64,000 bases of DNA. Origin: Chiloscyllium plagiosum (lineage: Eukaryota). A program made the translations under genes and the position numbers. The notes under the pieces are model-generated. The model saw only the letters and a list, made by a program, of their open reading frames with translations, had not been told where the DNA came from and searched no databases. Location of the stretch: positions 17,709,768-17,773,767 of the forward strand of contig NC_057751.1 in NCBI RefSeq assembly GCF_004010195.1, written 5' to 3'. Shown here one piece after another: positions 39,765-53,954 of this stretch (within the stretch, counting starts at the first letter, position 1; each line of letters starts with the position of its first letter).

Positions 39765-42700
39765 GTGATGTACAGCATGGATACAGGCCTTCAACGCAAC
39801 TTATCCATGGCAACCAAATATCCTAAAGTAATCTAGTCGCTTTTCCCAGCACTTCGCTCCTATCCCGCTGACCCCTTCATAGTCATAGAGTCATAGAGAC
39901 GTACGGCATGCAAATAGACTCTTCAGGCCAAACCGTCCACACCGACCAGATATCCCAACCCAATCTAGTCCCACCTGCCAGTACCCGGCCCGTAACTTTC
40001 TAAATCCTTCCGATTCATATACCCATCCAAATGCCTATTAAATGTTGCAATTGTACCAACCTCCACAATGTCGCATTATCTGCAGCATGAAAACATTGCC
40101 CCTAAGGTCTCTTCCATATCTTTCCCCTCTCATTCTAAACCTATGCCATCTTGTTCTGGACGTCCGACCTCAGCGAAAAGACTTTGCCTTTTTATCATAT
40201 CAATGCCCCTCATAAGGTCACCCCTCAGCCTCTGACGCTCCAGGGAAAATAACCCCAGCCTGTTCATCTCTCCTTATAGCTAAAATCCTCCAATCCTGGC
40301 AACATCCTAGTATATCTTTTCTGAACCCTTTCAAGTTTCACAACATTTTTCCGATAGGAAGGAGACCAGAATTGCACGCAATATTCCAACAGTAGCCTCA
40401 CAAATGACCTGGTCTGCAGCAACATGACCTCTCAACGTCTGTACTCAAAACTCTGAGCAGTAAAGAAAAGCGAACCAAACTCCTTCACGATGCTATCTCC
40501 CTGCGACTCTACTTTCAAGATGCTATGAACCTGCATTCCAATGTCACTTTGTTCAGCAACATTCCCTATGACGTTAGCATTAAGTGAAAAAGTCCTGCTA
40601 GGATTTGGTTTCTCAAAATGCAGCACCTCGCATTCCTCTGAATTCAACTCCGTATGTCACTTCTCAACCTTTTGGCCCATCTGATCAAGATCCTGTTGTA
40701 ATTTTAGGTGACATTCTTTGCTGTCTACTGCACCTCCAATTTTGGTGTCATCTGCAAAATGTACGAACCATACTTCTTATACTCGCATCCAAATCATTTA
40801 CTAAATAACTAAAAGCAGAAGGCCCAGCACCGATCGTTGTGGCACTTCACTGGTCACAGACCTCCAGTCTGAAAGAAATCCTCCACGACCACCCTCTGTC
40901 CTCTCCCTTTAAATCAGTTCTGTATCCAAATGGCTAGTTCTTTCTTGTATTCTGTGAGATCTAACCTTGCTAACTAGTCTCCCATGGGGAACCTTGTCGA
41001 ATGCCCTACTAAACTCCATATAGATCACATCTGCCGTTTTGCCCTCAACAATCTTCTTTGTTACTTCCTCAAAAAACACAATCAAGTTTGTGAGACATGA
41101 CTTCCTACCTACAAAACCATGTTGACTATCCCTAATCAGTCTTTGCCTTTCCAAATACATGCATATCTTGTCCCTCAGGACTCTCTCTAACAACTTGCCC
41201 ACCACCGACGTCAGGCTCACTGGTCGATAGTTCCCTGTGTTGTCCTCACCAACTTTCTTAGACAATGGCACCACATTACCGAACCTGCATCTTTCGGCTA
41301 CACATCCGTGACTATTGATGACACGCATATGTAAGCAAGAGGCCCAGCAATCACTTCTCTAGCTTCTCATTGAGTTCGAGGGCACACTTGATCAGGTATT
41401 GGGGATTTATCCACCTTTATGCGTTTCAACACATCCAGCACTTCCTCCTCTGTACTATGGACATTTTTCATGGTGTCACTATCGATTTCCCTACATTCTA
41501 TATCTTCCATCTGCTTTTTCACAGTAAATACTGATGCGAAATACTCGTTTAGTATCTCCCCCATTTTCTCTGGCTCCACACAACGGCCGCTTTTTTGATA
41601 TTTGAAGTGCCCTATTCTCTCCCAAGTTGCGATCTTTTCTATAATGCATTTGTAAAATCCCTTCGAATTCTCCTTAATTCTATTTGATAAAGCTATCTCA
41701 TGCCCCCTGATTTCACTCTTAAGAACACTCCTACTGCCTTTATACTCTTCTAAGGATTCACTCGATCTATCCTGTTGATATCTGACATATGCTTCCTTCT
41801 TTTTCTTAACAAAACCCTCAATTTGTTAGTCATCCAGCATTCCCTATACATACCAGCCTTTTCTTTCACCCTAAAAGGAACATACTTTCTCTGGATTCTC
41901 GTTATCTCATTTCTGAAGGCTTCACATTTTCCAGCCTCCTGCGAACATCTTCCCTCAGTCAGCTTTTGAAATGTCTTGCCTAATGCCGTCAAAATTGGCC
42001 TTTCTCCAGTTTAGAACTTCAACTTTTAGATCTGGCCTCTGCTTTTCCACCGCTATTTTCAATCTAATAGAATTATGGCCCCAAAGTGCGCCCCCACTGA
42101 CACCTCAGTCAACTGCATTGCCTTATTTACCAAGAGTAGGTGACGTTTTGCACCTTCTCCAGTAGGTACATCCACATACTGAATCTAAAACATTTCTTGT
42201 ACACACTTAACAAATTCCCCTCCTTCTAAACCCTTCACACTATCGCAGTCCCAGTCTATATTTGGAAAGTTAAAATCTCCTACCATAACCACAGATATTC
42301 TTAGAGATAGCTGAGATCTACTTACATGTTTTTTTCTCAATTTTACTCTGACTATTAGCGGTCTATAATACAATCCGAATAAGGCGATCATCCCTTTCTC
42401 ATTTCTCAGTTCCACCCAAATAACTTCTCTGGATGTATTTCCGGAAATATCCTCTCTCAGTAGAGCTGTAATGTTATCCCTTATCAAAAACTCCACTGCC
42501 CCTCCTCTTTTACCTCCCTTTCTTTCCTTTCTGTAACATCTGTATTCTGGAACATTAAGCTGCCAATCCTCCCCATCCCCGCCCCATTTTTCTGTAATTC
42601 CTACGATATCCCATTCCCATGTTCTGAACCATGCCCTGAGTTCATCAGCTTTCCCTGTTAGGCCCCTTGCTTTGAAATAAATGCAGTTTAGTTGATTAGT

Positions 42701-44310
42701 CCCACCTTGTACCCGCCTGCAATGACTGTTTGACTCGCTTCTCTTCTCAACTGTACTAGTCTCAGACTGATCTCTTTCCTCACTATCTCCCTGGGTCCCA
42801 CCCACTCCCCCTTTCCACCTTACTCGTTTAAATCCTCCCGAACAGCTCTAGAAAATCTCCCTCTCAGTATATTAGTCCCCTTTCAATTTAGGGACAACCC
42901 GTCCTTCTTGTGCAGGTCACTTCTACCCCAAAAGAGATGCCAATGATCTCTTCGCCCTTCTTCCAGCTCCTCAGCCATTCAGTCATCTTGTCTATTCTCC
43001 TATTCCTGCCCTCACGAGCACCTGGAGTAATCCAGATATCACGACTCTCGAGGACCTCCTTTTTAAATTCCTGCCTAGCTCTCTGTAATCTCCCTTCTGA
43101 ATTTCAATCTTTTGCCTTCCTTTGTCACTGGTTCCAAAGTGGACAATGACCTCCTACTGGCTCCTCTCTCACTTTCGAAAATTCTGCACCCTCTCTGAGA
43201 CATCCTTGATCCTGGCACCAGGGAAATAACACATCATTCTGATTTTTCGTTGCTGGCCACAGAAACGTCTGTTATGTACCTCGGACTAGAGGGTCCCCTA
43301 ACACAATTGATCTCTGGGAATCTGCCAAAACCCTTGTTGCATTAGAGCCAGTCTCAATACCAGCAACTTGACTGTTCGTGCTATGTCCCTCTGTGAATCG
43401 ATCACCCCCTACATTTTCCAAAACATCATACTTATTTGAAACGGGGATGGACACAGAAGACTCCCGTACTAACTGCCTACATCTCTTAACTTTCCTGGAG
43501 TTAATACATCTATGTGTCTGTATCTGAGAATTTCTCCCTCCGATAAATGTCATCCATCACATACTATTGCTGTTGCAAATTCCTCATTGCCTGCAACTGG
43601 ATCTCCAAACGATGCATTCGATATGATAGGATTCACAACCTACAGCATTTAGTTGCAGGTATAATCCACAGTAACTCTTAAACTCTCTTTAAACTCCCAC
43701 ATCTGTCAAGAAACGCATATCAGTCTGCTAAATGCCAATTTTGTTCCTTCGCAATCTACAGACCCAGAAAATAACACGATCTTAGTCCTATACAAAACAC
43801 TGCTCCAGGTTTAATTAAAAATTATGGCTTATATTTTAAGGTTAGTCAAGAGACATATCTCACAAAAAAACAAATAATCAATAAAGAACCCGCACACTTA
43901 AAACAATTCAGTTACCTGTTTCTGTGCTGTGAACTTCGCCCAAACAGTTCCTCCAAGATCAGTTGTGGATTTCACTGTTTGTTAATTTTCCCAGATACAC
44001 TCCGATGTCCAGTGATAAATGAATTCAAACAGCAAAGGTAGTAACTGTGCAGGTTCACTGTGGTATCGGTTCTCTCTCTCCCTCACTCTCTTGCACTGAC
44101 CTCACCATGTGCTTCCTTTGCCTGTTGTTCTCCCTTTTAAAACAGCTGTTGCTTTTAACGTCTTTTCACCATTGTTCCAAAGCAATGCAGCAGCATATAA
44201 AACAGCAATTGCTGTTCCTGGAATTCGAGGAAATCACCTCCAACACCTAAAATACCCCAAATAAAGGTGCAGCTGTTGCAGCCAGAACTGTTTGCGTCTT
44301 CAATCTTGGA
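39765..44310 (-). mobile_element. Near full-length CR1 LINE (ORF1 + ORF2, decayed) plus a short adjacent CR1 3' fragment
   Basis: ORF1 VLGDPLVRGT; endonuclease VVMVGDFNFPNIDW; RT NYRPVSLTS, QHGFVGRKSCLTNL, FSRAFDKVPH; tail atagtcatagagtcatagag ~39880. Confidence 0.9.
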
Positions 44311-44319
44311 TTACCCAGG

Positions 44320-44680
44320 ATTCCTATTTATTTACCCATCCAGAGGCTTTTTGAGTGTTCAAATGGCCCAGATTCCACGACTTCCTCTGGCAGCCAATTC
44401 CATGCTGATACCACTGTCTGTACGAAAAGGCTACCCCTTAAGACTCTTACAAATTATTCCCCTCTCACCGTAAATGTATGCCTTCTAGTTCTGAACTCCC
44501 CCATCCTCAGGAAGATATCTTGTCCATTTATGTTATCCGTGCCCTCATAATGTAAAACCTTTCTCGCGTCACCCATCTTCCTCTGAAACTGTAGGGAAAT
44601 GAGCCACAGCCTAGTAAGCCTCTCACTATGGCTCAAACCTTCAAAGCCTGGCACCATTCTTGTAAATCTTTTCTTAAGAC
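44320..44680 (-). mobile_element. CR1 3' fragment
   Basis: KRFTRMVPGFEGLSHSERL in ORF 44454..44729. Confidence 0.75.
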
Positions 44681-45974
44681 TATAACGTTTAGGAAGAGGA
44701 TCCTGCAGTGCCTCTACTCTGCTAGACATAACGTATGTTAGACAAAATTGTATACTCGGTTACTGATATGGTCAGTAATGCATTTAAATGTATTTGTTTC
44801 CCAATACAAATCTGCAAGTCAGCTTTCTTTACTAGACAATGGCACAGATATTCAGAACAGATTAAGGAATTCCAATTGCCTTCAAATGCCTCCTGTGCTT
44901 GAGATTACTGATAGGGGTCTCCTGTAACAAACTTGGGATGGCATCCCCAAACCGGCTGTGAAAGAAGATCTTTCTGAAAATGGCAGTAGTCTGTGTGCCA
45001 TATTCTGTAATTATAAATTCCAGAGCCCAGTCCCCAACTGTTACCACTGCTACGAAAGGGTGCGTTCATGAGATGTATAAGGTATATGAGGCATTCCAGT
45101 TTCACGGGTGCACTGTCTGTCCCGATCTCCGTTTGCTTTCTTACAGAAATGCAAGGAGATCGGCCCTTACCGTCTGTTCTACCATCCAATACGATCATGA
45201 GATGGCCATCCAACTCTGTACCTTCATTACCACTACCTCCCTTTCGCTCCAGAAAAGATATCCAACTCTTTCCTGTAAACACTCAATGTTTTTGACACTG
45301 AGGGCTTTCTGTGGCAGAGAATTCCACAGGCTCCCACGCCTTCTCGTGGTGAAGATACTTCTTCCTAATTTTAATTCTGCCTTTGTAACCTTCGACTGTG
45401 ACCCCTGTTTCCGGCTTTCCCCCCATCACCAACGCCACTCACACCAGTGATTGGGAACATTAGTTACCCTGTCTGCTCGCTGTTTTCTATTGTTCATTCT
45501 GCTAAACTCACAGTGATTACAATGCTAACCTGTTCCGGTCTCTCTCCATTCGTCGGCCAAAAAAGCTGTCCGTTGCCTTCTGTCCATCGTCAGAAGATCC
45601 TTCCTCAGATAAGGAGTCCCCAAACCGCAAACACACAATAAACCAAGGGTATGCTCTCATCCTGCCCTTCCCTGCTTCTGTTTTTGAAATCTCTCTCCTC
45701 GGAGGGCCGAACATCCCACTGGACATCCTCAAAATCAGCAAGTGGGGTTGGAGAGAATTCCAGGTATTCTTGCAGCTCTCCTCCTTTTCCGATCGAAACC
45801 AGTGTGAAGTGATCGGTATTGTTCCTGTTTACTCCCTGATCCACTGTTCTCTGGGATTGAAAGTGACATTATCAGGAGTTGACTTACCACTTATCCATTT
45901 CTGTGCTTTACAGCAATTTGGCGATCGTCAAAGACACCATTGGAACTGTCACCTTTGTGGATACGACAACCCTT

Positions 45975-47823
45975 TCAGTAAGAACAGAGAAGATGATAAA
46001 AAAGGGGGAGGTGTGGCGTTGTTGGTCAAGGACAGTATTACAGTTGCGAAAGAATGTTTGGGGACTCGTAAACTGAGGTAGTTTGGGCTGAGGTTATAAA
46101 CAGGAAAGGAGAGGTCAGCCTGTTGGGAGTTTTCTCTAGGTCTCCGAATCGTTCCAGAGGTATAGAGGAAAGGATAGCAAAGATGATTCTCGATAGGAGT
46201 GAGAGAGACAGCGTAGTTGTCATGGGGAGTTCAACTTTCCAAATATTGACTGGGAACACTATAGTACGAATACTATAGATGGGTCAGTTTTTGACCAGTG
46301 TGTGCAGGTGGGCTTCCTGACACAGTATGTAGTCAGGCCAACAAGGGGCAAAACCACATTAGATTCGGTACTGGGTCATGAGCCAGGCCAGGTTTTAGAC
46401 TTGGAAGTAGGTGAGCACATTGTTGATAGCGATCACAATTCTGTTATGTTTAATTCAGTGATAGAAAGGGATAGGTGTATACCATTGGGCAAGAGTTACA
46501 GCTGGGGGAAAGGCAATTACGATGCGATTCGGCAAGATTTAGGAAGCATATTTTTCGACAGAATTCACTCTAGAAAACGACAATGTTGTCGAAGAGAATG
46601 CTGAGATACAGGCTACTTGACTAGGTGGGATTGAGGATCGCAAGGAAGAGGAATTAGAAATCCTGCAGAATGTGAAAATAGATAAGTCCCCTGAGCCAGA
46701 TGGGATGCATTCTGGACTACTCTGGGAAGCCAGGAAGGAGATTGCCAAGCCTTTGGCATCGATCTTTAAATCGTCATTCTCTACAAGAATAGTGCCAGAA
46801 GACTGGAGGATAGCAAATGTGGTTCCCCTGTTCACAAAGGGGAGCAGAGACAACCCAGGTGAGCCTTACTTCCGTTGTTGGTAAAGTGTTGGGAAAAGTT
46901 ATGAGAGATAGGATTTAAAATCATCTAGAAATGAATAACTTGATTAGGGATAGTCAGCACGGTTTTGTGAAGAGTAGGCCGTGGAGAGTGATGAAGGATG
47001 CTGTAGGTTACACAGAGACATAGATAAGCTGTGGAGCTGAGTTGAGAGTTGGCAAATGGAGTATAATGCGGACAAGTGTGAAGTGATTCAGTTTGGTTGG
47101 AGTAACCAGAATTGGGTAATGGTAAGATTCTTGGTAGTGTAGATGAGCAGAGAGAACTCGGTGTCCACGTACACAGATCCTTGAAAGTTGCCACCCAGTT
47201 GGACAGGGTTGTTCAGAAGGCATACAGTGTTTTAGCTTTTATTAAAAGAGGGATTGAGCTCCGGAACTATGAGGTTATGCTGCCACTGTACAAAACGCTA
47301 GTGCGGCCGCACTTGGAGTATTATGGACAGTTCTGTTCACTGCATTATAAGAAGGATGTGGAAGCTTTGGAAAGGGTGCAGAGGAGATTTAATAGGATGT
47401 TGTCTGATATGGAGGGAAGTTCTTACGAGGAAAGGCTGGGCTGTTTTCGTTAGAGAGAAGATGGTTGAGAGGTGACTTAATAGAGCCATATAAGTTAATC
47501 AGAGGTTTTGGTAGGGTGGACAGGGAGAGTCTTTTACCAAGTATGGTGACGGCCAGCACGAGGGGGGCATAGATTTAAATTGAGGGATGATAGATATAGG
47601 ACAGATGACAGATGTAATTTCTTTACTCAGAGAGTAGTAAGTGTATGGAATGCTTTGCCTGCAACGGTAGTAGATTCACCAACTTTAAGTACATTTAAGT
47701 CGTCATTGGACAAGCATATGGACGTACATGGAATAGTATAGGTTAGATCGGCTTCAGATTGGTATGGCAGGTCGGCGCAACATCAAGGGTCTGCACTGCG
47801 CTGTAATGTTCTATGTTCTATGT
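45975..47823 (+). mobile_element. CR1 LINE with several internal deletions
   Basis: KKGGGVALLVK, VGEHIVDSDHN, KSPEPDG, VPEDWRIANV, EQRELG..LYKTLVRPHLEY; (TTCTATG)n tail. Confidence 0.9.
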
Positions 47824-48251
47824 TTTTTTCTGTGTGGTCGACCTTATTTTCGGTTTTAACTTCTGTAACAAGCCAATCTCGGTAAGACCCCTGCCATCAT
47901 TGGGACCCTGAGCTAACTAACACTTTTGCTTTAACGTCCCTTCTGCTCAGTCCTTGGAGTACAGCAGCTGCCACGTCATGTTGAAGTTGTACAGTACATT
48001 GATGAGGCCTCTTCTGGAATAATCTTTCCAGTTCTGGTCGACCTGCCTATGGAAGGATACATTAAAATGGAAATGGCTCAGAAGAGAATTCTCAGTATCT
48101 TACTGAGTATGGAAGTTTGAGTTGAAAAGAAAGGCTGCATTAGCTGGTTTTTTTTCACTGGAGCATTGTAAGATAAGAGGCGAATATGTAGAGGTTTCTA
48201 ATATGGGAAGGGGTGTTAATAGACTTAACGGTAGTTGTCTTGTTCACCCAA

Positions 48252-48889
48252 TGTTCGAATTTGTTTTTTGTATCCTCGCAACAAAGCTCTTATATGTTTT
48301 AACCAAATGGTACACGGTACAAATGGTATAAATTAAACCAAGTTACCAAAATCCAATCGAATTTGGAAAAGTAAAATAATGTATTGACAATACTAAACCA
48401 ATAAAATGACCTGATGTTTTTCGTATAAATATGGAACATTTTGAACAATTACCCAGAGTGGCAAACATCACCTAATACCAATGTCTAGAAAGGTTGCTTG
48501 CAAAAATATCTGGTCTCCTAAAGGTCAAAGTTTTGTGAAAGAAAATCCTGAAAAAGAAGAAAAGAATACAGAGGAAAAATTACAGAGGACAGTCGGCAAG
48601 GTTCACTGATTTTGAAACGTGACTTTTTTTTTGTAAATCACTATCACTACTTTTTTTTATTGGACCAGTATTATAGAGGGGAAGGCAAAATATAGGTTTC
48701 AAGAAATAAATTGCAAACAGTTGTTAGCTAATCTGCTTGCCGACAAAATAAAGATTTTAGTTTTTACTTTAAATGTGACTTTTGGGACAGTTTATTGACA
48801 CTCGAATTTTAACAGAATTACAGCACTGGTTGAATCTTTTCTGTGTTGCACGTTTAAAGTAGCAAAGGGGTTTATCCAGTGTCCTAACA
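48252..48889 (+). mobile_element. Probable 5' LTR of Gypsy element
   Basis: Ends ..ctaaca just before a tRNA-Pro PBS; AATAAA motifs; start approximate. Confidence 0.55.
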
Positions 48890-48892
48890 GTT

Positions 48893-48910
48893 TGAGGGCT
48901 CGTCTGGGAT
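48893..48910 (+). promoter_or_regulatory. Primer-binding site, tRNA-Pro type
   Basis: TGAGGGCTCGTCTGGGAT, 16/18 match to the tRNA-Pro PBS TGGGGGCTCGTCCGGGAT. Confidence 0.8.
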
Positions 48911-49233
48911 TTGAAAGGTTTGAGTCTCGGATTCCTAATTTGAAAAGATTTAGACAGATCCAGTATGAGATATGAATAGGTTTGAATAGAATTGCCGGAA
49001 GGAAAAGCCTAGTAGATTTAAACACTTGCAGATTAGTGTCCTCCATCTTCAAGGAAAACGTACATGAGAGAATTTGTTTAATTTCAGTGACGTGTAGTTG
49101 CTATAACTAAACGTGACAAAAATGGCTCTTAGAATTTCTAGAGATTATGGGATTTGAAGATGATTCCCAAATTTGCCAAAAAAAAGAAGGAAAGTAAAGG
49201 GCCATACTTTTAGAATTTTAAAATGAAGATTTT

Positions 49234-49554
49234 GGGCGGCCCGGTGGCACAGTGGTTAGCACTGCTGCCTCACAGCGCCAGAGACCCGAGTTCAATTCTC
49301 GCCTCAAGGCGACTGACTGTGTGGAGTTTGCACATTCTCCCCGTATCTGCGTGGGTTTCCTCCGGGTGCTCCGGTTTCCTCCCACAGTCCAAAGTTGTGC
49401 AGGTCAGGTGAATTGGCCATGCTAAATTGTCCGTAGTGTTAGGTAAGGGGTAAATGTAGGGTTATGGGTGGATTGCGCTTCGGCGGGTCGGTGTGGACTT
49501 GTTGGGCCGAAGGGCCTGTTTGCACACTGCAATGTAATGTAATCTAATCTAATC
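49234..49554 (+). mobile_element. tRNA-derived V-SINE (HE1-like) with CR1-type tail
   Basis: A-box TGGCACAGTGG 49245-49255, B-box GTTCAATTC 49290-49298, V-domain tgtgtggagtttgcacattctccccg..gggtttcctccgggtgctccggtttcctccca, (TAATC)n tail. Confidence 0.9.
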
Positions 49555-50789
49555 ATAGATTAGGGTTTAACCTGAACTTGTAAGGGAGTTACTGGAACAC
49601 TTCGATGTTTCCGACAAACAGACAAGTGCATTGCAAATTGAGAAACTTAAATTACACTTGACGAAAATGGAGTCAGAAGATAAGCAAGTGAAGAAAGAGA
49701 GAGAAAGCGAAACAGAGAGAAGAAAAGGGAGAAAATGAGAGGCCCTTTGGAATGAATTTTTTTCAAAAATTGACAGGACCAAAGTCGGAGATCTCACACT
49801 TCGATTATGTTTGGAGGTGAGCGAGAGATTAAATCAAGTCGTTGAATTAGCTAAACAACAGCGAAAGATGGCACAGTGTAGAATGAAGCAGGTGGCATAT
49901 AAAAGCTCTCAGATTCGGACGTTTATCCCAGAGGTTGACGTGTTATTACTGTTACAATTGATAAAAGACCTCTTCAAAGCCAGATTTAGTCGTCCCTATC
50001 AAATAGAGAAGACGTTGAGTCAGGTGAAATCTCTAGTAAAGATGCCAGACAAGACAAAACGGCACCAGGCATGTCATATGTCCATGTTGAATCCATACTA
50101 TGAAGGATGGAAAGAACTGGAGAAACAGTTGTTCGTTACTGCCCCGCAGAGTGAGGAATCCATTGCAGACGATGTAGATTTGATGTGCCACAAAAATAGA
50201 TTTAAAAATGTAGAGATTCTCGAGAAGTGGGATAGTTTCTTAAACTGTCTGTCTGATGAGCCAATAACGCAGTTCAAAAGATTGTTACTGCAGTATAAAG
50301 ACATATGTAAGAATAAAAAGGGGAGGATTAATGTTATTGTATCTGAAGTAGACGTAGGGAATACTGTCTCGTTAAAGCAACACCCCTATTAGCTTAATAC
50401 TTTCAAAAAAGGAGGTGGACGCTATGCTCGACGAGATAATCGAACTGAGGTAGAGCAAGTGGAGTTCGCTGATTGTCTTAGTTCCCAAATCGCACTTGGT
50501 GTCAGCAATTTTGCGTGGATTATCAGAAGATAAATCCGTTACAAAATCGGACTCACATTCAGTTCTGGGATTGGGATACTGCATAGAGAAAGTAGTACAA
50601 GCCAGTTTCATCATCAAGTTGAACTTACTGGCAGGTACCTTTCGCTGGAACAGCGACAGAAATTTCTGCGTTTGTAATCCTAAATGGGTTATATAAATTT
50701 AAAATGTTGCCTTTTGGAATGAAGAACAATCCTGCCATATTCCAAAGACACATGAACAGACATGTAGCTATGTCAATAAACATTTGGTA

Positions 50790-51295
50790 GATTACTGACC
50801 CATTGCTGAAAACCTCAACTTCCCCTCCCATTCCACCAAGGACAGGTAGGCCCAGGGCCCACTACATCGCCACAATCTAGCACCCGATGCATGGAGGAAG
50901 AACACGTCACCTTCCGCCTTGGGATCCTCCAAACACAATGCATCAATGTGAATTTCAAACGTTTCCTCATTTCCCATCCCTCCACTGTATTCAGGGTCCA
51001 ACCTTCCAAATCAGCATTTCGCTCATGACCTGTCCTTTCCACCTTTCTGCTTCACCCTCCTCTCCGATCTATCACCGTTATCCCTACTTCTATCTACTGT
51101 TAGATACATTGCCCACAACTCCACTGCCTCTCATTTATCTCTCCACACCCTTGGCTCGCACGTCTCATTCCTGATGAAGGGTTCTTGCTTGAATCATCGA
51201 GCCTCCTGCTCCTCGGAATCTACCTGACTTGTTTTGCATTTCCAGCACATCACTCTTAACTCTGATGTTCAGCATCTGCAGTCCTCACTTTTTCT
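50790..51295 (+). mobile_element. 3' end of a Neptune-like Penelope element (endonuclease C-terminus + pLTR)
   Basis: MEEEHVTFRLGILQTQCINVNF, CT-rich 3' UTR, then cattcctgatgaaggg..cagcatctgcagtcctcacttt, similar to the mini-elements. Confidence 0.8.
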
Positions 51296-53954
51296 GAACA
51301 AACTTTGCATTCTACTTGGACGATGTAGTGATCTTTAGTGAGTCCTTGAAATATTAGATGATAGAGTTGGCCGAACTCTTTAGAACATAGAACATAGAAC
51401 AATACATCACGGAACAGGCGCTGAGGCCCTCAAAGTTGCGTCGACCTATGAACAACTCTTAGCCTATACACAGCAATCAGCATTCACGTAGTCATCCAAG
51501 GATTATTTAAATCTCCCTAATGTGGCTGAGTTAACTACATTGGCAGGTAGGGCAGTCCACGCCCTAACCACACTCTAAGTAAAGAAGCTTCCTCTGACAT
51601 TTGTCTTATATCTATCACACCTCAAATTTGTAGTTATGTACCCTCGTACAAGCTGACGTCATCATCCCAGGAAAAACGCTTCCAATGTCTAACCTATCTA
51701 AGCCTCTGATCATCTTGTATGTCTCTATCAAATCCCCTCTTAGTCTTCTTCTTTCCAATGAGAACCGACCCAAGTACCTCAGCCGTTCCTCATAAGACCT
51801 GCCCTCCAGACCAGGCAACAGCCTGGTAAATCTCCTCTGTACCTTTTCCAATGCTTCCACATCCTTCCTGAAATACGGCGACCAGAACTGTAAACAATAT
51901 TACAAGTGTGGCCGCATTAGAATTTTGTATAGTTGCAGTGTGATATTGCAGCTCTGGAATTCAAATCCTTCACTAATGAAAGCTAACACACCGCTTGCCT
52001 TTTTGACAGCTCTATCAACCTTGGTAGCAACTTTCATGCATCTATGTATGTGGACTCCAAGGTCCCTCTGCACATCCACAATACCAATACACTTTCCATT
52101 GATCCAGTAATCTGCCTCCCTGTTATTCTTCCCAAAGTGAATCACCTCACATTTAGCTGCATTGAACTCCATTTGCCACCTCTCAGCCCAATTCTGCAGT
52201 TTATCCATGTCCTCCTGCAACCTATAACATTCTTCCAATCTGTCCACTAATGCACTGACTTTAGTGTTATCTACAAATTTACTAATCCATTCACCTATGC
52301 CTGCGTCTAAGTCATTTATAAAAACGACTAACAACAGTAATTACAAAACAGATCCTTTTGGCACACCGCTAGAAACCAGACTCCAGGCTGAATATTTTTC
52401 ATCAACCACCACTCGCTGCCTTCTTTCAGAAAGCCAGTTTCTAATCCAAACTGCTAAATCACCCTCAATCCCATACCTCTGCATTTTTCCAACAGACGAC
52501 CATGTGAACCTTTAGCAAAAGCTTTACTGAAAACCATGTATATCACGTTAACTGCCCTACCCTTATCTATATACTTCGTCACCTTCTCAAAAAGCTCAAT
52601 GAGGTTTTTGAGACACGACCTGGCCTTGACGAAATCATGTTGACTATCTGAAATCAAATTGTTGCTTGATACATGATTATTAATCCTAACTCTTGTATCC
52701 TTTCTAAAAACTTACCTACAACAGAAGTAAGGCTTATTGGTCTATAATTACCAAGGTAATTTCTCCTGCCCTTCTTGAAGAAGGACACAACATTTGCAAT
52801 CCTCCAGTGCTCTGGTACTAAATCTTTGGTCAATGACGACTCAAATGTCAAAGCCAAGGGCGCTGCTATCTCCTCCCTGGCTTCCACAGAATTCTTGGAT
52901 AAATCTCATCCGCTCCGGGGGACTTGTCTACTTTCACTCCTTCTAGAATTGATCATACCTCTTCGTAACTAACTTCGATACTTTCTCGCCTAATATCTCG
53001 TACCTGATTGGTCTCCTCTACAATATACTCCTTTTCCTGAGTGAAACCGATGAGAAATGTTCATTTACCACCAATCCGATTTCCACAGGGTCCTCACTCA
53101 ACTTCCCACTTCTTTCTTTGACTGGCCTTATTCCTTCCCTGGTCATCCTCAGATACCTTTAGAAAGCTTTAAGGTTCTCCTTTATTCCATTTGCTAAAGA
53201 GTGCTCGTGTCCTCTCTTTGCTATTCTTAACTCTCCCTTTAAATCCTTCCTAGCTGATCTGTAACTCTCCATCGCCTCATTTCAACCGTCTGTGTCTCAT
53301 CGACACACAAGCCTCCTCCTTCCGCTTAACAAAAGATGCAATTTCTTTCGTAAATCACAGTTCGTTAACTTATCACTTCCCCCTGCCTATAGGGACGTAT
53401 CTATCTAGGATACACAATATCTGATCCTTAAAGCAGCTCAACATTTCCATTGTCTGCATCCCCTGCATTTGCTTCCCCTTTCTAGTCATCATAATTCATG
53501 CCTAATCGCCATATAATTGCCCTTGCCCCATCGATAACTCTTGACCTGTGGCATGTACCTTTCCCTTTCCATCGCTAATCTAAACGTAACTGAATTATGG
53601 TCACTCTTTCCAAAGTGCTCACCTACAACTAAATCAAACATCTGGTCTGATTCATTACCGAGCACCAAATCCAATGTGGCCTCCCCTCTTGTCGGCCCCT
53701 CGACATACTGTGTCAGGAAACCCTCCTGTAGACTTCGGACAAAAAAACTGATCCATCCGACGTACTAGGTGTGTAGCATTTCCAGTTAATGTTGGGGAAG
53801 ATAAAATCCCTCAGAATGACCACTCTGTTCCTTTCACTGGTACCCAGAATAACTTTGCCAATCCTCTCCTCCCTTTCCCTGGAACTCTGCGGAGGCCTAT
53901 ATATAAAAAAAAATACTCCAAGCAGTGTGACCTCTTCTCTCCTGTTTCTAACCC

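Noticed and set aside
49234..49305. tRNA gene
   Set aside because: A/B boxes belong to a SINE head that continues into the V-domain and LINE-derived tail
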